DNA from: Neoechinorhynchus agilis
Lineage: Eukaryota; Animalia; Acanthocephala
Length of the DNA: 64,000 bases
Assembly (NCBI GenBank): GCA_051530055.1
Contig: CM121342.1
Location: 3,471,489-3,535,488 of the forward strand
Reading direction: 5' to 3'
Of this stretch, positions 49,535 to 60,200 are shown piece by piece. The notes below the pieces were generated by a model, which ran no database searches, was not told the DNA's origin, and worked only from the letters and a program-made list of their open reading frames with translations. Made by a program: the position numbers and the translations under genes. Within the stretch, counting starts at the first letter, position 1; each line of letters starts with the position of its first letter.

Positions 49535-51098
49535 TTGTATTGTATTGTATGCAACGGTACTTTCCTACGTTGCATCGTAGGTATAAGCCCGTCAAATTGA
49601 ATTAGACTCCGCAAGGGATATAAAATACACGACAGCAGTCCTGTTATGCGGGCAATTCGCGTCTCTTAAAATCAGGTCATCGTATGTACGACAGTTCGCT
49701 ATGCCTTTACGATAAAATGTCGTTGGCTTCCACAAAAGGAACTGTTGCACGACCTGTGGGCAAGATGCCTCGGACCGAATTATATTGGCCGTGAACTGCA
49801 GTCGTCTGCGGCGCAAATATTCACTGGGCGGTTGGACTCCGGCTCTCTTATACAGTACTTTGTTGGTCACTTTATCTGACCATCTGACCTTGAACGCCGT
49901 ACGTAAGAGAGATGAATGATTTTGGTCCAACTGCCTCGTCGCCGTTGGTGACAGTGTCCAGGCCTCTTCATTGTAGTAGAGAATGCTCTCAATTAGAGTC
50001 CTGAACAGCTGCGAACGGAGTTCATCTGTCAAAGATTCACTGTCAAACAGTTGTTTAATTTGCCCCATTGCTCTTCAAGCTATAGCTCTCCGTCGGCTGA
50101 CATCCGCACTCACCTCAAAAGCGACAGCTCCCAGATAGAAATACCGCTCTATCTGTTTCAATTGACCAACGCCATTCGGCCCTTCGCGAGAGACTGTATA
50201 CGCGACATGCGGAATCGTCAAGAATTCCGTCTTTTTCGAGTTGATGGTCAGACCAATCATGCTCGCCCTCTCGCACAGTCTATTTAGCATGCGTTGATCT
50301 CCTTCGACTGTTGAGGACATCAATACGATGTCGTCGGCATATGCTACGTAGGAGGCGCGTATCTTAGAATACCTGCGACCTCTTTTCCTCAACAGAAGAA
50401 ATCCATCTTCATCATTCGGTAGTGCCCATCTCATTACCCAATCAGGCACCAAGATGAAGAGGAAAGGAGCCAATGTGTCGCCCTGCAGAACATCTGAAGT
50501 GGTGGAAATGTATTCTGTCAAACCGTCGGCTGTCTTGACGGCGGACCTTGTGTTTTTATATAATGCCATAACGGATGTGACAATGATCGGCGGCACTCCA
50601 TACTCCTTTAAGATACCGCCAATCATCGTTCGATTTACCGAATCGAAAGCTCGACGGAAATCAACAAATACAAGCGTCACATCCCTTTGATGAATTCGTG
50701 CCTCCTCGAGGATCCTCCTCAAAGCCAATATGTGCTCTGTGGTGCCTCGAGCTTTCTTGGAGCCGTTCTGTTCAATTCTTAGAAACGGTTCGAGGATTGG
50801 CTGAATTCGGCGTCTCAAAATGCTGCTGAAAAGTTTTGCCGTATTGGACATCAAGGATATACCTCTGTAGTCCTCCACCTTTGCCGAGCAGCATTTCTTG
50901 GGGATCATTGTTAAATGCGCCGTTTGCTAGATTTGAGGTACTGAGCCACCATTCATTATGCCATTCATTATCGGTATGATTTTTCCGGCAATAGATTCAA
51001 ACCTCAGTACCTCTGCCATTATCCCATCTGGGCCTGATGCACGTCCCGCGCGCATCATTTTCGCCGCAGCGATCGCTTCCTTCACGGAAATCGGTCCA
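49535..51098 (-). mobile_element. RTE-like LINE, 5'-truncated, with 7-bp target-site duplication
   Basis: SGPDGI, YRGISLMS, DFRRAFDSV, QGDTLAPFLF, YADDIVL. (CAATA)n tail at the 3' end. AGCGAAT at 49528-34 and 51099-105. Confidence 0.9.
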
Positions 51099-52187
51099 AG
51101 CGAATGAGATGTATCATTTCGATGATTTTCATTATCCGCGATGTAACAAATGTCAACAATGGGACAACTGGACGCAGAAATGCCCTAATAAGCAAATCCG
51201 GTGCCCATTCTGTGCACTGGGGCATACTGCAGACAATTATCCGAATTGTACTCGAAGATGTGCTAATTGCGGTCAAATCGGCCACTGCGCGTTCGCCGAA
51301 TCATGTGGTGAATTTAAGAAGTACGTTTTCTGGGCTCAACAGAAGCAAGTAGCTGCAGTCAACGTTGGCACGGCATGGGAAAACGCACAAATACGAATCC
51401 TTCGAATCAATCTCATCCCGTGCAGACGACGATACCGTTCGTATCAAAAGGTATAGCTGTTACTTGATCAGCGGATGTCCAGCCGGACGATTTAGATCGT
51501 ATAAGCGAGTAATCCAGCGCCAAAATTTTGCAACTGGTCGACTTACGAATCAACTCTACCATACAAAATCTCGAAAAGCGCATAACCAACTACTTCGATT
51601 CGTTAATGGGGTCCATCAATAATAGCTTAGCTCGATTCGATACGACTAATATCCGTCAGGCTCCACACAAGCGTCCGCGAAGGCCGCAACCGACTACAAC
51701 CGATTTCAATTCGTCAGCGACTGATATCGAGATTGATAATAAGGAGGAATTTGTCCGAGCGATCATTGCGGAACAAAGCAAGGTTTGTTCAAAAGGGGTA
51801 ATTGACTTTATCAAGAAGGGATGCAAACGGACTTCAGACTGATACAATGGAATTCAGGTGGGCGGGCTGGAATTCCCAGGCTATATAATGAAATAGTAAG
51901 AGGCGACATAATTTTTATACAGGAAACGAAGTCGATTTCGAATCTAGAAGATCTTCCTTCCAACTTCCAGAAACCTATCCAATGATTTCTGTTTCTTGAT
52001 AACAGCGCCTATTCCAAATCATTCACAGGGCCTTTTATCGATCGTTAGACGCAGTTTGCTCCCGTCGCGGGTATCCGAATACTCTTCTACGGATCTCTCA
52101 TATGATATTTTTTCAATTTTTATTAGAGGGAGGAAGTTTCTCTTAGCTAATGTATAACCCCGCCCGAGTAAAGTCAATTTAGAAATA

Positions 52188-52480
52188 TTTTTTCTCCATA
52201 CACGGCCGAATGGACACACGGTCCACCGGATGGACTAATGCTCTTGATCCCAGCTAAGGGTCAACGGGTTCGAATCCGTTACCACCGATGACGCACATCA
52301 AAGGGGACGAAATACTGCTGAAGGGAGGAAACTCACTGATGAGTCCCGCCTCCTCTGAGAATTTGGAGGGATATACAAACTTACAATCGTACGGTCTTGG
52401 GGCATTGAGCGCAGACCAGCGCTTGCCAGACCGAAATCGGTGGACCGTGTGTCCATTCGGCCGTGTATGGAGAAAAATAT
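52188..52480. mobile_element. Non-autonomous TIR element (~40-bp TIRs) carrying a tRNA-SINE/hammerhead fragment
   Basis: TTCTCCATACACGGCCGAATGGACACACGGTCCACCG...CGGTGGACCGTGTGTCCATTCGGCCGTGTATGGAGAA. Inside: GGTTCGAATCC, GGGACGAAA and CTGATGAGTCCC. Confidence 0.85.
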
Positions 52481-52699
52481 ATATCAAAAGACTATCGGCT
52501 GAGCCACATACAAAAATTCTAAAAAAGTCAATTTAACTCACAATAAAATTATTTTGCGTAACATAATGGAATCCGGAGTGAACCTTTTGTTCGGGGACTA
52601 TAATGATCCGTCTCATAAATGGATTAAATCGATCACTCGATCGGCACGCTCTTATTCGATTATCATCCCACCTTACATAACTTTTACGGCTCATTCATC

Positions 52700-54050
52700 C
52701 ATGTCCTATTTGGACCTTTGATGTTGGAAAAACACTTTCTCAATCAGACTGCTGTCTTCCACCGGGTAGGGCACGATTTGATCGTGTGGAATTTCGATCT
52801 GATCCACCCATATATTCTCCTCATTCTTCGCATCCCCAGGATCCTTCAATTCGCTGAGTTTATCCGTCGTCCTTTCGTGCTCCTCTTGTTGTGACAATTC
52901 CACACTACTGAGACTGACGTCGCGCCTCCTGTTCCTCGACGGGCTTTTTGTATTTCTGCTCGGAATATTCACTCTCCCTGTGCCTTAAATGATCGGCGTG
53001 AGCTTTCTTGACCCCCTGGTCGGTCCCTATTTGTACGACAGTGGGCCATCTCTCTTGGCGGCCATCGCGGTACCAGACTGCGCTCTTATCATCGAACTCC
53101 TCGAATCTTCTGGCCTTTTGGTCGTGGTGACATTTTCCATCCTCCGTTTATACCTCTCGGTCTTCGCAGGGGTTGGCTTCAAATTGTCGAACAATATCGG
53201 AATTCTCCGTCCTATCATCATTTGTGACGGTGACTGGCCTGTGAGCGCGTGAGGAGTGTCGCGGTATCGCTCATCCAGTCCGTTGGTCATCGGGTGATAG
53301 AACGAGCTTCCACAGTGGGTAATCCCATTCTTTCTACAGAACTCTGCGAACTCTCCTGCCACAAACTGAGGTCCATTATTCGTGACTATCCGTTCCGGTA
53401 CTCCCCAACGGGCAAATGCTTCCTTTAAACACTCGATTGTGTTCCTGGCATTAAATGAAGGTTGCATCCATACTTCGGGCCATCTAGAAAACGCGTCTAT
53501 CGCTATCAGGTACATCGAGCCGCTGATCGGCCCGGCAAAGTCGAGATGGATCTTCTTCCAAGGCTCGCCTGATGGTTACCAAGCGAATAGCAGCATCTCT
53601 TTCAGTGCCGGTCTCCTGGATTGACACTCATAACATCTGCTGGTGTGCTTTTCGATGTCCAGATACATTTCTGGCCACCATCAACAATAGCGAGCAAGAG
53701 CTTTCATCGCTACGATACCAGGGATGTCCTTCGTGTAATTTCGATAATACGTTTCGTCACAGAGCCTCCGGAATCACTATTCGGTCCAACCACATTCTGA
53801 CGCGGCCTTGAACAGATAATTCTGCCCGGTGCCTCCAAAAAGCTATATCCATTGCTTCCACCGCGACTGGCCATCCTGATCTTAAAAATCTCTTCACCTT
53901 TGACATTTGCTTATCTGTTTTCGTGCATTCTCTTAAATTTGTATCGTTGAGATCCAGAGCGGCTTCGTTCTCATGCGTTATATAATAAACTCGCTCCCTT
54001 ACATCGGGTTGCTTCTCTCCATCATCCTCTATCACTGACCATATCAAACT
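52700..54050 (-). mobile_element. Gypsy/Ty3 LTR-retrotransposon integrase remnant
   Basis: IHLDFAGP, YLIAIDAFSRWPEV, FARWGVPERIVTNNGPQF, YHPMTNGL, and a zinc-finger region upstream. Confidence 0.9.
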
Positions 54051-55836
54051 AAGCCCAAATAGCGCGAAGTAATGTGGCGGTAATGCACCTGTAAAGTTCT
54101 GGAGCTCCTTATATTGTTGGCCTTGTCGGGTGTGCCATCAACTTTGCCTGAACAAGTTGAAATTGGCTTCTCTCAGGGCATATTCCTGCTCTTGGTGGAG
54201 TGTTCAGCAGTTGATTGAAGATGGATCAAAAACCTCGATATTGACAACATCCTCAAGACAATGTTTGAGTTTCACTCCGAAGGTTGTCGTACCTCCCCCT
54301 TCGATGACGCTTTTATGCCAATCGTCCACAGGAGGTTTGATTTAAAACAGACGGAGATTTCGAACTCGTTGATTTCAAAAGCAACTAATGTCCTTAATGT
54401 ACCAAATGTAGAGCTCTTCTCTCAATTCTTGATTTCTGCTTCCCTCGAGGAATGGGCCAGATTAACAAGGCTAAACGCATTTTTCTCTGTAAAACCATTA
54501 CCTTGGCTGATCAAGCCATGCCCATTTTCATTCAAAACTCCTTGGTGAGCATTTATGAGCGAGCTTTAGCGAAGCTCATCCTACGTTTCGCTATGAAACA
54601 CGGCTGCACCGATAACCGCTGCCATGGCTTTTTACCCGGGAAATCTGCGCACACAGCAATAAGAGAAATAATTAGCAATTTTTCTAACGGTGTCCAGTCT
54701 ATGAATATCTTAATCTCCTTTGATATCAAAGAAAGCATTTGACAGAGTTAACTTGGACTTTGTCGTGAATGTCTTACGTTTCTTAATTTTCCATATAATA
54801 TTATTGCTCGCGTCAATAACACATCGAGGCTCAATTTTTTTTATTTCGGTGATGATCCATCTCAAACCTATTTTATCCTGTCAAGGGGCCACTTCGGTCA
54901 TCATCAAGGAGCTCGAAATTATTCAGTCCTTTTTCCTTTCTCATTGATAAGCTTTCTCTGATGGACCTCCAGCTCAATCCCAACAAAACTAAATTTATTT
55001 TAAAATCTAAATCAGTGATAGGAAACGCAAAATCACAGAATTCTGCTCGGACTTCTTTAAGCTGGATAGCCTCCCTCCATTATAATAAGATTGATATTCT
55101 GGGGTATACTTTCAGTACTAATTTGAGTTGCACGCACGACATATTTAAGCTCAAGAAGCTGCTGAAGGTTGCCAGAATCGAAGTCAAAACTGCGTTTAGT
55201 CACGCGATCAAATCGGTCTGGTATTCCTGTGCTATTTCGGACTTTGTCTTCTTCTCTAGAGGGAGACCGCCAGAACAACGCCTGAAATTCCTCAGTACCA
55301 TTCTTGATGCCTCAAATAAGCTCCCTTATCCCTTCGGTCAATACCCCTCTTTGCCCGCGACAAAAATGCTTAAATGGATAGATTTGTGAGCATCTTTATC
55401 TCTTGTGACCCACATTCTTGACTTCGTGCTAACGCGTGCTTCTCCGAATAAATTGTTGTTGGACGAGGTGCGGACTAAAAATCTTCTTATAAGAGAGAAG
55501 CTTTTATTTATTCCGCTTTGCATGGGACACAGATTCTAAGAGTTTACGTAATCATTAAACAAGCGCCATCAAACAAAGAACCTCGGAAGAGCGAAACGCA
55601 AAGAACTCCTAACGAGGTGTCGCAGTCTACATAGAAATACAAAACTTTTGTCCCCCAATCTGTAATTACGAGACGATGGGTAGCTTGTTTTTTGGTAATT
55701 GCATATTTGAACGAACAAGTAATGTTTAAATAAATTATGCTACATATTTTCACGACATGCTCAATCGGTAAGAAGTAGACTTATTTGAAGGTTAACAAAT
55801 GGCCAGTTGTCCCTTTGTTCGTAAGAAACATCTTCA

Positions 55837-57250
55837 GTGTTTTGCTCCAATGAGCGTACAAGCGATGCGCAAAATGTGGATATTGTGAGTATCAAATCGC
55901 TATTAAATGGGACTTCTGCAAGGTCAAAGAATGACGAAAAGCGAAGGACCCACATTATGATAACGATGTCGGTGAGCACTTCGAAGAACAGCGATTCAAA
56001 GACTGAGGATGAACCTATTTTAAACATTGAGTCGAACGAAGTGAACAAAACTACGAAGAAACCCAAATCTGTCACTATCGCTTTAACAATCGACCAAAAC
56101 AGTATAAGATACATCCTTATTTTTATCCTAATTCTTATATATTGGAAAAGTGAAATCTCCAAAGGCTGAGGATGCTGCCAATGAGCGTACAAGCGATGCG
56201 GAAAATGTGGATATTGTGAGTACCGTTAACAAGGCCATAAATGCCATCGTTATTACGCCAAACAAGAATAAATTTTCAACGACTAATTATGATCAACCTC
56301 ACGATTTGGATAATCTGAAGCCGTCAAAAGTCGAATTAATGGGGATGACGTTTGTATCGGTTCCAGTATATAACGAAACAACGAATTGCTCTTCTGTCAA
56401 CAATACAATCGATAGAAGAATGCAGAAAAAGTAAATGGACGATTGCAGAAGGCGTCTAGCTTGAAGACGAACGCATCGCGGCACTTCCTGGTCGTCCTAC
56501 AGACAATAAAGGAGGTGGGTCTTACATCCGAAAAGCCACGGAAGCAGACCAAGAATTATGAAACCTGGAGGGTTACCTTTTGAGTGGATGGCCCTTCACA
56601 GGTAAGAAAATCACGAAAGCACCGAAATCTACAGGGCATTCTTATTGCAATCACGGGAAATGGTTTCGAAGTCCCAATCAATCAAGCGGAGGACAAAATT
56701 CATACCAGAAAATTTTGAGCGGATTGGAATATTGACGTTACTGAACTATTGTGCGATTTTCTCTTTCATGGGATAAAAGGATGCACCTCGCATTCAATGT
56801 ACTAAGACTATTCGGAGAAATCTTCTAGAGATACATCAATGGAGTTTGCCCCTGTGGGGAAATCCTGCAAACAACGAAAATGTAGTAGACTTATTCGATC
56901 CGGGGAATGAACTTTTACTCATTCTAAAAAAAGTCCTGATAATGGCGATAATCGAAAACTAGTTCAACTCCGCTAGAATAATTTCTTCAGATTCCGTAGA
57001 AGACCACTGCAAAGACGGATATGCAAACCACACTTCCCACGCGCTCATAACTTTTCAGACAATACAGAACGCAGGAAGGCGACAGAACGCATTATCGGTG
57101 GGTTGCACGCTTTTGCAGGCGTGGTTCCTTGCAGAAACGAAAGAACTGCAATTAGACATGACGTCATTGAAGACGAGGGATTGCGATTGATGGGTTTTAC
57201 GTGGAACTCTTTTTATATGAAACGAGTTACGAGGTTGCTAGAAGGGTAGG
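55837..57250 (+). other. Fragmented unidentified coding-like region with an internal ~45-bp duplication
   Basis: ORFs 55837-56169 and 56150-56434 share NERTSDA.NVDIVS. Putative splice sites at about 56595 and 57050. No family recognised. Confidence 0.25.
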
Positions 57251-60200
57251 GATCTGGTTTGAAATCGCCCATAGGCCCCGGCCCCTCGAGTGTGGCTGAG
57301 CGCCTCTAAAGTGTGTTAGTTGGCCAAGTCTCCCAAAATGAACGATAAAAGATCCCAAAGACATGCCGTAAGGCCATGAGATTATGTAAGGGATTTGTGA
57401 TAAATCAGGAATAAATGAAGCAAATTCACAAGCGCGTTCAAACTGCGCTCCGTTGATCGCTAGTTAAAAATCCATCACGTTCCGACGGGGGAGTTGCGAG
57501 GTTGTTGGAATGGTAGGGATCAGCCTCAAACCGATAGGCCCCGGCCCTTCGAGTGTGGCTGAGCGCCTCTAAAGTGTGTTAGTTGGCCAAGTCTCCCAAA
57601 ATGAACGATAAAAGATCCCAAAGACATGCCGTAAGGCCATGAGATTATGATTTAAGATAAATCATAAATAAATGAAGCAAATTCACAAGCGCGTCTAAAA
57701 CTGCGCTCGGTTGATCGCTAGTTAAAATCCACTGGTTGCTGGGTTCCACGAGGGAGTTGCGAGGCTGTTGGAAGGGTAGGGATCAGGTTTGAGATCGCCC
57801 ATAGGTCCCGGCCCTTCGAGTGTGGCTGAGCGCCTCTAAAGTGTGTTAGTTGGCCAAGTCTCCCAAAATGAACGATAAAAGATCCCAAAGACATGCCGTA
57901 AGGCTAAGAGATTATAAGATTAAGATAAATCATAAATAAATGAAGCAAATTCACAAGCGTTGTTCAAACTGCGCTCGGTTGATCGCTAGTTAAACCACTG
58001 GTTGCTGGCTCCACGGGGGAGTTGCGAGGTTGTTGGAATGGTAGGGATCAGGTTTGAAATCGCCCATAGGCCCGGCCCTTCGAGTGTGGCTGAGCGCCTC
58101 TAAAGTGTGTTAGTTGGCCAAGTCTCCCAAAAATGAACGATAAAAGATCCCAAAGACATGCCGTAAGGCTACGAGATTATGCGATTTAAGATAAATCAGG
58201 AATAAAATACAAATTCACAAGCGCGTTCAAACTGCGCTCGGTTGATCGCTAGTTAAAATCCACTGGTTGCTGGGTTCCACGGGGGGAGTTGCGATACGGA
58301 ATGGTAGGGATCAGGTTTGAGATCGCCCATAGGCCCCGGCCCTTCGAGTGTGGCTGAGCGCCTCCGAAGTGTGTTAGCCAAGTCTCCCAAAAAGAACGAT
58401 AAAAGATCCCAAAGACATGCCGTAAGGCCATGAGTGCTTGCGATTTAAGATAAATCAGGAATAACGGAAGCAAAAGCACAAGCGCGTTCAAACTGCGCTC
58501 GGTTGATCGCTAGTTAAAATCCACTGGTTGCTGGGTTCCACGAGGAAGTTGCGAGGTTGCTAGAAGGGTAGGGATCAGGTTTGAGATCGCCCATAGGCCC
58601 CGACCCTTCGAGTGTGGCTGAGCGCCTCCGAAGTGTGTTAGCCAAGTCTCCCAAAAAGAACGATAAAAGATCCCAAAGACATGCCGTAAGGATATGAGTT
58701 TATGCGATTTAAGATAAATCAGGAATAACGGAAGCAAAGGTACAAGCGCGTTCAAAGTGCGCTCGATCGCTAGTTCAAATCCACTGGTCGCTGGGTTCCA
58801 CGGGGGGAGTCACGAGGCTGTTGGAAGGTAGGATCAGGCTTAAAACGCCCATAGGCCCCGGCCCTTCGAGTGTGGCTGAGCGAGCCTCTAAAGTGTGAAA
58901 GAAGTACAAGTCTCCAAAATGAACGATGGTGATCCCAAAGACATGCCGTAAGGCCATGAGATTATGCGATTTAAGATAAATCAGGAATAAATGAAGCAAA
59001 TTCACAAGCGCGTTCAAACTGCGCTCGGTTGATCGCTAGTTAAAATCCACTGGTTGCTGGGTTCCACAGGGGAGTTGCGAGGTTGCTGGAATGGTAGGGA
59101 TCAGGTTTCAGATCGCCCATAGGCCCCGGCCCTTCGAGTGTGGCTGAGCGCCTCTAAAGTGTGTTAGTTGGCCAAGTCTCCCAAAATGAACGATAAAAGA
59201 TCCCAAAGACATGCCGTAAGGCCATGACGATTAAGGCGATTTAAGATAAATCATAAACAAATGAAGCAAATTCACAAGCGCGTTCAAACTGCGCTTGGTT
59301 GATCGCCAGTTAAAATCCACTGGTTGCTGGGTTCCACGGGGGAGTTGCGAGGCGGAACGGTAGGATCAGGTTTGAACGCCCATAGGCCCCGGCCCTTCGA
59401 GTGTGGCTGAGCGCCTCTAAAGTGTGTTAGTTGGCCAAGTCTCCCAAAATGAACGATAAAAGATCCCAAAGACATGCCGTAAGGCCATGAGATTATGCGA
59501 TTTAAGATAAATCAGGAATAAATGACGCAAATTCACAAGCGCGCACTCAAACTGCGCTCGGTTGATCGCTAGTTAAAATCCACTGGTTGTTGGGTTCCAC
59601 GGGGGAGTTGCGAGGTTGTTGGAATGGTAGGGATCAGGTTTGAGATCGCCCATAGGCCCCGGCCCTTCCAGTGTGGCTGTGCGCCTCCGAAGTGTGTTAG
59701 CCAAGTCTCCCAAAACGAACGATAAAAGATCCCAAAAAAATGCCGTAAGGCCATGAGATTATGCGATTTAAGATAAATCAGGAATAAATGAAGCAAATTC
59801 ACAAGCGCGTTCAAACTGCGCTCGGTTGATCGCTAGTTAAAATCCACTGGTTGCTGGGTTCCACGGGGGAGTTGCGAGGTTGCTGGAATGGTAGGGATCA
59901 GGTTTCAAATCGCCCATAGGCCCCGGCCCTTCGAGTGTGGCTGAGCGCCTCTAAAGTGTGTTAGTTGGCCAAGTCTCCCAAAATGAACGATAAAAGATCC
60001 CAAAGACATGCCGTAAGGCCATGAGATTATGCGATTTAAGATAAATCATAAATAAATGAAGCAAATTCACAAGCGCGTTCAAACTGCGCTCGGTTGATCG
60101 CTAGTTAAAATCCACTGGTTGCTGGGTTCCACGGGGGAGTTGCGAGGTATCTGGAATGGTAGGGATCAGGTTTGAAATCGCCCATAGGCCCCGGCCCTTC

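Larger units (their letters stand above)
49025..55500 (+). mobile_element. Degenerate I/R1/Jockey-like LINE (ORF1 with CCHC knuckles, endonuclease start, RT remnants), interrupted by later insertions
   Basis: VVKAPAHIRDDL...PRCNKC, CPFCALGH, CANCGQIGH, DIIFIQET, HGFLPGKS..AI and DIKKAFDRV. Confidence 0.6.

Noticed and set aside
57290-57430. Pol III A/B-box-like words in the A10 unit
   Set aside because: Imperfect boxes, atypical spacing and no terminator pattern.
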